DNA of 32,000 bases from Candidatus Saccharimonadota bacterium (GCA_965227835.1 OZ245768.1:1200001-1232000); one strand, 5' to 3'. Positions 21,201 to 31,819 are shown, counted from the stretch's first letter. A program made the numbers and translations. Notes: a model not told the origin generated them from the sequence alone.

Positions 21201-21270
21201 CAATATTTTGAAATTTTTTAAATAAAGTGTTATTATTTGGTTGATGTATAAATTTTTAAGAAATAAAAGT

Positions 21271-22257
21271 ATGAAAAACAAAATAAAAAAAATATTTATC
21301 TGTTTAAGTTTTTTAGCAATTTACTTATTATGTTTTTTTGGTGTATCAAATAACTATACTTCAGCAAATATAGACGAAAACATAAATATAAATTTAGTAG
21401 ATGATTGAGATAAAGAAAGAAACAAGGAATTAAATAAATTTTGAAAAAGTGAAGATGGTTTTTTTGGTCTATGAAGTAGACAATGATGACAATGAATTTT
21501 TTATACTTTGGTTGAAATAGCCCAAAGTTTGAAAAATATGTTTTTTATATTAGCTACCTTGTTTTACTTAATAGTTTCTATAAAGCTTTTAGTAGCTGAA
21601 AACACAGAGGAACAAGTTAATAAATTCAAAAAAGCAATTATATGGGTAACTATAGGACTTATTATAATGCAAATAGCTTATTCTTTTACTGTAACACTAT
21701 ATGCAAAAGAAGTTTGAAGCTCTCTAGCTTTCAGTTTTATAAACAACATAGTAAATCCTTTAATATGATTAATGGAAGTACTTGCTTCTATGTTTTTCAT
21801 AGCAATAGCAATATTTGCTTTTTATAGAATGGTTACAGCAAATGGAAAAGAAGAAGAAGTAACTAGAGCTAAAATGTCTATAGTATATGCTATTATTTGA
21901 TTTATTTTAATAAAAGTAGCAAAAATTATAGTAGAATGAGTGTATGGAAAATTAGAATGTGAAGAAACAAGTATAGCAGGATTTAACATAACTACAACTA
22001 GTTGTATATGAGACGCTCAACTAAATACTCTAAGTTTTACTTTTATGCAAATAATAAATTGGGTAAACTCATTTGTGTGAATAATAACAGTACTTCTTAT
22101 AATATATGCTTGATTTAATATACTTTTCTCTGCTGGAGATGATGAAAAAGTTAAAAAAGGTAAAAACACTATAATATATATAGCTATTTGATTATTACTT
22201 TTATCTATAAACTACCTTTTATTAACTTTCTTTATAGTTCCAGAAACAACTATATAA
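21271..22257 (+). CDS. secreted/membrane protein with three tandem VirB2/TrbC-like (T4SS pilin-like) two-helix modules
   Basis: 328 aa. Signal peptide MKNKIKKIFICLSFLAIYLLCFF. Three repeats of the pattern TM helix, small acidic loop with K-rich motif, TM helix. The loops are LVAENTEEQVNKFKKAI, VTANGKEEEVTRAKMSI and FSAGDDEKVKKGKNTI. Same frame as track ORF 21508..21717. An alternative in-frame ATG lies at 21244. Confidence 0.6.
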
Positions 22258-22327
22258 ATAGTTTTTAAAACAGAATAAAAAACAAAATTAGTCTTACCTG
22301 AAAATTTTAATTCTTTTATTTAAAAAA

Positions 22328-23239
22328 ATGAAAAAAAGATACCTAGTTTTAATAGTTTTAGCAATAATTTCTCTTAGTTTATTTTGAGAAACTTTAGCAT
22401 GATATGGAAATATATTGTGATGAGATGAAATTAAAAAATCTTCTATAAATATAGAAGAAAAAATGGATGCTTGATGAGATATAGTATGAAGTATAAATAA
22501 TGTTTGATTTAGTGCTCTTTCTGTAATAAAACTTATTATCCAAGGTTTACTTGTAATATATATAGTTTATGTAGGAGCACAAATGGTTTGGGCTATGTGA
22601 GAAGATGAAGAGACATTAAGTAGTGCAAAAAGACAGATACGGTACAGTGTTATAGCTTTGCTTTTTATAAATATACCTTGAAGTATATATAGAGCTATAA
22701 ACCAAGATAGTTACTCTAAGGTATGAGAAAGGATTAGTAATGATAATTTTTTGGATAAATGAACAGAAACAAATATGTTTTTTGATGTATTTAATTTTTG
22801 ATATACTTTTTGAGATCAGGTAGTCTGATTTTTAGAAGTAACTATTTTAGCTATAGCTATAATAATAATTATATATGAAGGAATTAAACTTATAACAAGT
22901 AGATGAAGAGAAGAAAGAATAACTGAAGCTAAAAACAAAATAGTTTATGGTGTGCTTGCTTTAGTTTTTGTATGAATAATAGAAGCATGGAAGAATTTTG
23001 CTTTTTCTTTCAAAGTTTCTGAAGCAAGGAATATATTTAGCAATTTAGCTGATTTAGCTTTATTTTTCGCTGCTCCTGTTGCATTTTTCTTTTTAACAAT
23101 AGCTGCTTATTATTACATAACTTCAGCTTGAGATGAAGAAAGAATAAAAAAGGCAAAATCTATTGTAATAAATACCATTTTAGCTACACTAATTTTATTA
23201 GCAGCATACACTTTCTTACTTGATTTAGCTGAACTTTAA
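22328..23239 (+). CDS. second protein with three tandem T4SS pilin-like modules
   Basis: 303 aa. Signal peptide MKKRYLVLIVLAIISLSLF. Module loops are WAMGEDEETLSSAKRQI, ITSRGREERITEAKNKI and ITSAGDEERIKKAKSIV, each flanked by hydrophobic helices. Start and stop are in frame. Confidence 0.6.
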
Positions 23240-23264
23240 AAAAATAAATTTTAAATAAATAAAA

Positions 23265-23702
23265 ATGAAAAAAATAGTTTTGTTTGTTTTTGTATTAATA
23301 TTTACATGTTTTTATTCTTCAAATATTTATGCTGAAGATACAGGTACAATAAAAGTAGAAGTTCCAATTAATTTCTCTTGAGTTTTTGGTTCTAATGAAG
23401 AAGGTGGAGTAAAATGTAGCGATACTGCTTGAGATAATGGTAAATATTATTGTAATGTACCGAAATGAACTTCTTGATTTCAAGTTGTTCTTGCTTGAAT
23501 TATTAAGTATTTAATTTTTATAGCAAGTTTAGCTTGAGTTTTATTTATAGTAATAAATGGGATACTTTATACTATGTCTGGTATAAATGATTCTTTAAAA
23601 TCATCAGCAAAAGAGAGGATCATAAAAACTCTTTTGTGAATTATTCTTTTGATTATGAGTTGAGTTATCTTAAATATAATAGCTCCTTGGGTTTATAAGT
23701 AG
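23265..23702 (+). CDS. single-module T4SS pilin-like protein
   Basis: 145 aa. Signal peptide MKKIVLFVFVLIFTCFYSSNIYA, a Cys-containing ectodomain, then a helix, MSGINDSLKSSAKERI, and a second helix. Stop is TAG at 23700-23702. Confidence 0.6.
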
Positions 23703-23735
23703 ATGTTATAAATATTTTAATTTTTTGATTTTAAT

Positions 23736-23781
23736 AGATATTGAAACAATTTTAGTAAAAAATACTTTCAATATCTTTTTT
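23736..23781 (+). terminator. rho-independent terminator of the pilin operon
   Basis: Perfect 11-bp arms agatattgaaa (23736-23746) and tttcaatatct (23766-23776), followed by a T run. It lies 34 nt after the stop at 23702. Confidence 0.55.
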
Positions 23782-23981
23782 AGTTTGAGTTAATATTAAT
23801 TAATCTTTTTTATAACTTTTAGCTGTATAAGATAATTGCTAATTCTTATTTCTAATACCAAAAATGTGTGCTAAAAAAATTTATTATTTTGTCAAAATTG
23901 AAGAATTCTTTAGTCTTTACTTAAAAAGAAATGAAAACAATAACTATTGAAAAAGAATAATATATTTCTTAAAAATTTCAT

Positions 23982-25379
23982 CTAAAAATTAACAACTCAT
24001 AAAAACACAGTGATAAAAAGTATAAAGAAATTTAAAATAAGACTAAAAACTCATCTGCTGAAATAAATACAAAAATAAATCAAAGAAAAAACTAAAAAGT
24101 AAAATACTCATCTATAATTTAAACTTTCTTCAAAAATTATATTTACTCAATAATAGTTTAAATTGGTAAAAATTATAAAAATCAAACTATAAAAAAGAAC
24201 AACAAAAAACAAATAGTTACGCATATTTTTGAAAAATCTAAATATTATATCAAGAAAAAAATCAAAACCTTTTATAACTCTAGTATAAGAGAATATTTTT
24301 CCTTCTAGTTTAGCTTTAAAAAGATATATATTTTGTTTTATTACTCTTCTTCTAACTATCAAATCTTGTTTTTTTGAAATATTTTTCTCTCAAGGAAGAA
24401 TAAAAACAAATATATTTTTTAAAATTTGAGAATTATTTTGTTTTAGTTTTTGTTTATATTTATTTAAAAATATTATTGTTTTTAAATATTCATGACTTGT
24501 TTTGTCTGAACTTCAAACTCATTCTTTTTTTGGCTTTTTATTTTGTTTAATTAAATCTTTAAAAAAGGCTTTCATTCAAAAAAGTACTTTTTCTGCTTGT
24601 TTTTTTATATCTTTATCATCTGGTATAAACTTTTTTTCACTTCAAATTTGCTTTAAAAGCTTATTTGTCTCATTTAAAAGTTCTAAAGTTTTTTCGTCTT
24701 TTGTAGATTCTAAATATCAAAGCTCTATTTCTCATATTTTCAAAAGTACACTTTCTCATACTTCTCTTAATTTTGAAATATTGGTAGAAGATTTTATTTT
24801 TATTAAACTATTATATAGATTTTTTAGTTTTATTTTTTTCTCTTCATCCAATTTATATTTATCTTCTCATAGTAAATTATTTACTTTAGATAATACAAAA
24901 TCTATAAGTTTATAGGTTTCTTCAAGTTCTTTTTTTAAATAAAAGCTATCTATATTTGTTTTTTCTTCTTGTTTTTCTTCTTTATTTTTTGTTTTTTTCT
25001 CTTCTTTTTGATTTAAAGCATCATAATATTTGTATTGCTCTTCTAATTCTTTCAATACATTTTGTTTGTATATATCATCTTTTTCTTCATCTAAACTAGA
25101 ATAAAGAGATAAAACTTTGTATCAAAGCTCTTCTCTTAGTTTTAGATAAATTTTAAAAATATCTTCTCAAACTACTTTTCAATTTTTTTCTTCTCAATTT
25201 TTTTCTCACCTAAAAACAAAACTTTTTTTATTTGTATCTAAAGTATCAAATAAAGAAATAGATAAAATAGAATATCCATCGTCATGAATCCTTTTTTTTG
25301 CGAGTTTCTCATTTTCTTCACTTATAACAAAAGTGTATTTTTTTTGAGATTTACTGGCTGTTATTTTGTATTTTGGCAT
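23982..25379 (-). CDS. hypothetical coiled-coil protein with C-terminal TM helices
   Basis: 465 aa. It joins track ORFs 24867..25055 and 24147..24362 (same frame) through many TGA codons. K/E-rich central region and a hydrophobic C-terminal third. Stop is TAG at 23982-23984. Confidence 0.55.
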
Positions 25380-25392
25380 ATTTTAAGAATTA

Positions 25393-25602
25393 TTAAGACA
25401 CCTTTTTTAAAGGTAATAGTTCTTCTAATTTTTTAACTATACAATCATTATTTTCAGGAGATTCCAAAAATTGTTTTATTTCAATATGAGGTTTTATAGG
25501 TATTATGTCAGGATTTGTATCAGATAACTGATCTGAAAATCAATAAAGCTCATCTTTTGTTTCAAGCTTTGGGCTACATTTTGGTTTATCTATTTTGGTC
25601 AT
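25393..25602 (-). CDS. hypothetical 69-aa protein
   Basis: ATG at 25602, 4 nt after the stop of the upstream ORF. TAA at 25393-25395, 13 nt before the next ATG. Operon context is the only support. Confidence 0.35.
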
Positions 25603-25606
25603 TTTT

Positions 25607-25918
25607 TTATATATTATTTATTAAAAAAGAGAATGCATTTATATCTTTTTGTTTTTGTATTGCTTCTTTTTTTTGCATTCAAGCTACATTTATATAATTA
25701 TTTTTTGAAATATCTTCTAGTCTATTCATTTCTATTTTTTTGATAAACTGAGTTAATTCTTCATACATAATATCTAATCAATCTTTATCAAGCATATTTA
25801 AAGCTTCTAAAAAAAGTTTTTTTTGATTATCTGGTACATTTAGAGAATTTATCAAAAAACAAGTAGTTTTTTTCTTTTTTTCAAATTCCTTTTGTTTTCT
25901 AAAAAAATCAAAAATCAT
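25607..25918 (-). CDS. hypothetical 103-aa protein
   Basis: ATG at 25918. Frame checked codon by codon to TAA at 25607-25609. Two in-frame TGA. It is the first gene of a three-gene minus-strand operon. Confidence 0.4.
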
Positions 25919-26339
25919 ATATATTTAATGTTTTGTAATTAATTTATTATATTTTACCATAAAAAACTTTTTAAAACAATTATTTTGATACATAAAAAAT
26001 AAACTCTTTATAAATTTATAAAAAATAATATTAAAGTGAAGTGAAAATAAAATTAAATGTTAATTTCTTATTTATATATTTAAATAAAAAAATATTAATA
26101 TATTATTATTAATAAAGTTTTTTGTTAAAATGTTAAAACACTTATAAAAAGGGAAAAAATAATCTTTTTTATCTTTTTATAAAAACAAAAAAATAAAATT
26201 AATGTTTTAAAATAAACAAAAACAAGTGTTTTTATCATATTTTTTACTTTGATTCAAAAAATATATTGACTTGTTTTTTTCTCAAAAAAAAATATCTTAT
26301 TTTTCATAAAATAATTGTTTTAAAAAATTTTTGAATTTG

Positions 26340-27692
26340 ATGAATAAAATAAAAAATGATAAAAAAAATATAAGTTTTAGCTTTTTTTTAACAAGTATTT
26401 TAATATTTTTTTTCATTTGAGTATTTTTATCTGAATATATAGCAAATATTTATGTAAAAAACTTGAAAAAAAGTGATATTAATACTTTTAATTCCATAGA
26501 AAAAAAAGATTTAGATTTATCTAAATTTTGGGATACATATAGTCTTTTAAAAGAAAAATATTATAGTTTAGAATGAATAAATAAATCAGATTTAGTTGAT
26601 TGAGCTATATCTTGAATGATAGAATCTATTTGAGATAAACATAGTGAGTTTATGACCAGTAGTGAAGCTACTATTTTCAATGATACACTAAATTGAGATT
26701 TTGAGTGAATTTGAGCTGTTGTCGAAAAAATTCCTCTTTGAGTAATGATAGATAGAATACTTAAATGATCACCTGCTAAAAAATATTGATTAAAAAAATG
26801 AGATATAATAATAGAGGCAAATAATGAAAAACTTCAAGATTTAAATATAACTCAAGCTGTAAATAAGATAAAATGACCTTCTGGTACAAAGGTGGTTTTA
26901 AAAATAATTAGAGCATGAGAAGATGAACTAATTGAAAAAGAGGTTTTTAGAGCTAAAATAAAAATACCAACGGTTGATATAGATGAGCTAGAATGAGAAG
27001 AAATTTGATATATTTCTCTCAATATGTACTGAGAAAATTCTTCTAAAGATTTTAAAGAGGCTCTTTTTTCTTTTAAAAATAAAAAAGGTATAGTTATAGA
27101 TTTGAGAGATAACGGATGATGATATTTAATATCTGCTGTTGAAATTCTTTCAAATTTTATAGAGAAAAATGAAAAATTAGTACAAGTAAAATGAAAAGAG
27201 CTTTTAAATAACATTTCTTATTCTAGTTTGAATTCTTGAGAAATATATTCTTGAAAAATAGTTGTAATTATAAATTGAAACTCTGCATCAGCTTCTGAAA
27301 TAACTGCATGAGCTTTGAAAGATTACAACAAAGCTATTCTAGTTTGAACTAAAACTTATTGAAAATGAAGTGTCCAAGAACCTTTTTCTTTCTCTGATTG
27401 AAGTCAAGTGAAATTTACTACTTCAAAATGGTTTACTCCAAAATGAGTTAATATAGATGAAAATTGAATAGAGCCTGATATTGAAATAATTTTTCAAAAA
27501 CAAGATTATGATTTTGAAGAGTGTATAAAATTAGGTGTTTGTGAAAAAGATTTAGAGGAAAAAGACTTTGTTTTTTATGATAGGCAACTTGAAGAAGCAA
27601 AAAATATACTTAAATTTTTTATAAAATATGGGTCAAGGAATATAGCTATATCTAAATTTTTGAAAGAAAATAGTAACTATATTAAAAATTAA
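26340..27692 (+). CDS. ctpA: S41 family C-terminal processing peptidase with PDZ domain
   Basis: 450 aa. N-terminal TM helix, GMIESIGDKHSEFM, PDZ-like GSPAKKYGLKKGDIIIEAN, DLRDNGGGY, INGNSASASEI and GTKTYGKGSVQ. Very many TGA=Gly codons. Confidence 0.85.
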
Positions 27693-27741
27693 AAAATTTA
27701 CATATGAATTATAACTACATAAAAAAATTAATTCTTTATAT

Positions 27742-27795
27742 TTAGCATAAAATTAATTTTGAATTTAATTTTTCAAATTTTGTCTTTTATGCTAA
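27742..27795 (+). terminator. hairpin, terminator-like, downstream of ctpA
   Basis: 11-bp arms ttagcataaaa (27742-27752) and ttttatgctaa (27785-27795), with a further short inner stem, followed by TTT. Confidence 0.4.
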
Positions 27796-27894
27796 TTTAC
27801 TCTTTCCTTTAAAGTTTTAAAAAAAGAGGTTTTTATATATAAAAGATAAAAATATTACTTAAATTTTTTACTTCCAATAATTATATTAAAAATT

Positions 27895-29124
27895 ATGCTA
27901 AAAAATAATGATAAAATCTTGGCAGAATTAATAGAAAAAGAGACTTATAGACAAGAAACCGAAATAGAACTTATAGCTTCTGAAAATTATGTTTCTAAAG
28001 ATGTACTTGAAGCTATATGATCAACTCTGACAAATAAATATAGCGAATGATACCCTTGAAAAAGATATTATTGATGATGTGGTGTAATAGATGAAGTGGA
28101 AAATTTAGCTATATCAAGAGCAAAAGAATTATTTTGAGCTGAACATGTAAATGTTCAACCTCTTTCTTGAAGCCCAGCTAATATGGCTGTTTATATGTGA
28201 TTGCTAAAGCCTTGAGATAAAGTATTAGGATTAAGTTTAGATCAATGATGACATTTAACACATGGTCATCCTTTGAATTTTTCTGGTATTTTATACGAAG
28301 TAATACCGTATTTCTTAAATAAAGAAACAGAGATTATAGATATGGATTTAGTTGAAAGTCTTGCTTTGGAACACAAACCTCAAATGATACTTGCTTGATT
28401 TTCTGCTTATTCTAGGAATCTTGATTGGAAAAGGTTTCGTGAAATAGCAGATAAGACTTGATCTATACTTTTTGCAGATATAGCTCATATAGCATGACTT
28501 GTTGCTTGATGAGTTTTAGAAAACCCTGTTTGATACTGTGATGTTGTCAGCTCTACTACACATAAATCTCTTAGATGACCCAGAGGTTGAATGATAATGT
28601 GTAAAGAAAAGTATGCAAAAATAATAGATAGAGCTTTGTTTCCTTGAATTCAATGATGACCTCATGAAAACTTAATAGCTGCAAAAGCTGTTTCTTTTTG
28701 AGAAGCTTTAAGACCAGATTTTAAAAAATATTGTGAACAGGTAATAAAAAATGCTCAAACTCTTGCAAGTGAACTATCTTCTTTTTGATTTAAAATAGTT
28801 TCAAATTGAACGGATAATCATTTGCTTTTAGTAGATGTTTATAGTAGTTTTGGTGTTAGTTGAAAAGAGGCTGAAAAAGCTTTAGAACAGGTTTGATTAT
28901 CTACAAACAAAAATATGGTTCCTTATGATAAAAGACCTCCTATGGATCCAAGCTGAATAAGGATATGAACTCCTGCTGCTACAACTAGGTGAATGAAAAA
29001 AACAGAGATGAAAATTATAGCTAAGATATTTAAAGAAGCTATTCAAAATAAAGATAGCAAAGATAAGTTAGTTGATTTAAAAAATGAAGTTTTGGTTCTT
29101 TGTAAAGCTTTTCCTATACCGTAA
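27895..29124 (+). CDS. glyA: serine hydroxymethyltransferase
   Basis: 409 aa. [38 protein letters not shown], with all five Gly in GS/EGYPG/YYGG encoded by TGA (28018, 28048, 28057, 28072, 28075). Also GGHLTHGH and [13 protein letters not shown]. Stop is TAA at 29122-29124. Confidence 0.95.
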
Positions 29125-29158
29125 AATATTTTACTTTTTTGTAGTTTTTAAAAAAAGA

Positions 29159-29182
29159 ACCCCCGGTCAAGAGACCGGGGGT
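29159..29182. terminator. bidirectional GC-rich rho-independent terminator
   Basis: acccccggtc, aaga loop, gaccgggggt (perfect 10 bp). An A run lies upstream and a T run downstream. It sits between convergent glyA and the small minus-strand gene. Confidence 0.8.
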
Positions 29183-29188
29183 ATTTTG

Positions 29189-29383
29189 TTAGTTTTGCTT
29201 CTTGATTAAGGTTTTATCAATATGTGATTTTATTGAGCTTCCAACCTCTTCAACTGCTATAAGTATTGCAAGCCCAAAAAGGAATATTGCTGGTACAAAC
29301 ATATCAAATTCGTAAAAAAAACTTGAACATAAAAAAAGGAATAAACAAGAAGCAAAAATTGAAGCTCTCATTGACTGTTTCAT
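29189..29383 (-). CDS. 64-aa two-TM membrane protein
   Basis: ATG at 29383 preceded by AGGAGA at SD distance (the track ORF starts at an upstream TTG). MKQSMRASIFASCLFLFLCSSFFYEFDMFVPAIFLFGLAILIAV. TAA at 29189-29191 and no TGA. Confidence 0.55.
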   Translation of the reverse strand: MKQSMRASIFASCLFLFLCSSFFYEFDMFVPAIFLFGLAILIAVEEVGSSIKSHIDKTLIKKQN

Positions 29384-29493
29384 AAAATATCTCCTGATAA
29401 AAGATAGCAAAACTATACGAAATATATAGAATTGCCATTTAATTGTTTAAAGGTTAAAACAGAAAAAGACAAATCTTCTATTTTTGTGACACC

Positions 29494-29521
29494 ACTATAA
29501 TTATAATATTTTTAATGTCAA
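29494..29521 (-). promoter_or_regulatory. sigma70-like promoter for the 64-aa gene
   Basis: On the minus strand: TTGACA (29521-29516), 16-nt spacer, TATAGT (29499-29494). Confidence 0.4.
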
Positions 29522-29562
29522 ATTTTTTATACTGAAAATAACATCTTTTTTAATTTTTATAA

Positions 29563-30963
29563 TTAACTACATTCTCTCTTATATAAATCAATTAAAGATT
29601 TACATAAATCTCACCTACTACACCAATATCATATATGTTTATTTTCTACATAATAAGACAAAGTATCTTCTATACTTTCTCATGATCAATTTTTTCTACA
29701 TATGTCCGCTCCATATTCTACAAGAAATTCTGCTAGCTCAATATTATATACACCTGAAAAGAAATCCCATCTACTAATATCAACTCAATATTCTATCAAC
29801 AATTTTACTTCTTCTACTTTTTTAGGTTTATAGTTTATTGCTGATTTTTTTAATATATGTGTTTTTATAACTCAAGTTCAAAATTCCATATTTGGATCAG
29901 CTCATTTTTCAAGAATAGTTTTTATTCTCTTGGTTTTATTATCATTATATGTATTTATAGCTCTTGATAATAATGTTTGTCCATTTTCATCTTTAATATT
30001 TATATCTCATCATTCTTCTAGAAACTTATCAAGTCTTTCTTCAAACTCTTCAAAACTATTTTTACCGTTTATATAAGACATTTTAGCTTGTATAGGATTT
30101 TCTAGATTATACTTTTTTCTTTCTTCTTCTTTTTTTCTTTTATCACCTTCAGGATCAAAAATATGTACTAGCCTTGATGATTTTTTGTCTCAATTTATTA
30201 ATAATATATTTGCTTCTCACCCTCTTTTCGCTACTACATATCAACCATCTGTTATATCTATTATTTCTGAAGGATATTCTTTGTCTTCCATATAGTTAGG
30301 TCATATACACTTTTCAGAAACATAACATTGCTCATAAAAATTTGTTCATAGTTCTTTAGGTAAAGGTCTTATAAGTCAGTCTGTATATAGACCATAAGGT
30401 GTTATTCTTTCTTTTTGTCATACCATCATATATAAAGGTTTATTATGCCATTTTAATACTGGCCCAAAAAGCACTGATTTTAGTTTTGCTATACTTTCAT
30501 CTGGTTTTTCCACTAAAATTGTTGCTGTATTTGATTCTTTAACTACAAGCTTATCATTTTCCAACACTAAAAATCTTAAATAAAAAGAAACATATCCTCA
30601 ATGTTTTTTTGATAAGCTAAATTTATATGTATCTTTTCTTTCTATATCTATTTCTCTGTTATTCATTCAATTTAAAACTGTTACAAACCTATATCAACTT
30701 TCTTCATAGAAATATATTTTATCTTTTAGTTCATTAATTTTAAAAACTACTTCTTCTCATGGTTTATATACTTCTTTATCTGTTGAAATTTCTACCCAAT
30801 TATCTTTTTTGTTATAATCTTTTTCTATAGAATCTAAATCTAAACTAAATTCATTTTTGATAATTTTGCCACTTTGAGAAAAAATACCTTTATTATTTCA
30901 ATCATAGGAACTACATCAATTTAAAATAAAAATTAAAATGAAAACAAATATTGTTTTTTTCAT
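29563..30963 (-). CDS. probable lipoprotein with C-terminal ankyrin-like repeats
   Basis: 466 aa. MKKTIFVFILIFILNGCSS is a signal peptide plus a lipobox-like LNGC. C-terminal DENGQTLLSRAI...ILEKGADPN, LLIEYGVDIS and FLVEYGADICRKNGSGESIED resemble ANK repeats. Start and stop are in frame. Confidence 0.55.
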
Positions 30964-31004
30964 GAATTAGGATAATTATAAAATAAGTTGTTAGTTATAG
31001 TTTA

Positions 31005-31675
31005 TTTCAACACATCGGGATAAAAACCCCTATCTTTAGATAGTTAAGACACCGAAGGTGTAAGTGATAGAAATTGAATAAATGAGATGTGTTGTGACAT
31101 AGGGTTTTAAACCCCGTTGCCTTCAGGCCGATTCTAAAGAAAAAAGTGTAAAAAATCAATAGAATAAATAAAATAGTGTTAAAAACTAACACTAGAGAGA
31201 ATGAAATACCAAAAAAGTAGTCATGCGACATATGATGTCAGATACCATATAGTATGGATAACAAAATACAGAAATCCATTCATGACAAAAGAGATACAAG
31301 ATAGATTGGAAAAGATCATAAGATGAATAAGTAAAAAGCTATGAGTAATAATAATAAAGATATGAATGGAAGAAGATCATGTACATATGTATTGTAGGAT
31401 ACCGTTAACTAAACCAATATCTACAATAGTATGACATATAAAGTGAGAAAGTTCTAAGGCAATAAAGAGGTATTTTTACAAAGAAATTAAGAGATGGTAT
31501 TGGAAGACATGAAATATATGGTGAGTATGATATTTTGTATCTAGTGTATGAGAGATAAATTGAGAAATAATATCTAATTATGTGGAACAACAGTGAGAAG
31601 AAGAGAATAAGATTGAAGAGATAGAGCTTTAAATTTCAGTACAAATAAAAGCCCCGTGCCTTCAGGCCGGGGTAG
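31005..31675 (+). mobile_element. IS200-type (IS200/IS605 family, tnpA only) insertion sequence; ends approximate
   Basis: A HUH transposase gene is flanked by related GC-rich subterminal hairpins: cg-tt-gcc ttca ggc-cg at 31115-31130 and ccccg-t-gcc ttca ggccgggg at 31652-31672. The left end also carries a long-range 9-bp stem, 31008-31016 with 31086-31094, enclosing two small hairpins. Confidence 0.6.
31201..31632 (+). CDS. tnpA: IS200/IS605 family transposase TnpA (Y1 HUH)
   Basis: 143 aa. SHATYDVRYHIVWITKYR, EEDHVHMY (HUH) and GVGYFVSSVG (catalytic Tyr region). It has eight in-frame TGA read as Gly. Stop is TAA at 31630-31632. Confidence 0.85.
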
Positions 31676-31819
31676 AAGAAAAGCTAAAACTTTTTACTTT
31701 TAAAGTGTTTTTGTCAAATTTGTGAATTTTGAATTAGATGCTAAGATATAAAATTTAATTTTTAAAACTAGGATTGTTAACAAATAAAGCAATAAAAATT
31801 TTTTATTTATAAATGAAGC

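Noticed and set aside
24502-24915. Track ORFs such as 24502..24915(+), 26852..27214(-), 13118..13462(+), 12455..12748(+), 2322..2633(-) and 4884..5147(+) as genes
   Set aside because: They lie antisense to, or out of frame with, coherent recoded genes, and they translate to S/F/L/I-rich low-complexity strings typical of the reverse strand of AT-rich coding DNA.
25919-26339. The 421-bp extremely AT-rich intergenic region as a replication origin
   Set aside because: I could not find DnaA-box-like motifs (TTATCCACA or its complement) or dnaA/dnaN nearby. It sits between divergent operons, so a promoter region is the simpler reading.
31007-31590. Track ORFs 31007..31231(-) and 31405..31590(-) as genes
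   Set aside because: They overlap the IS200 left-end structure and lie antisense to tnpA. They have no motifs and a hydrophobic low-complexity composition.
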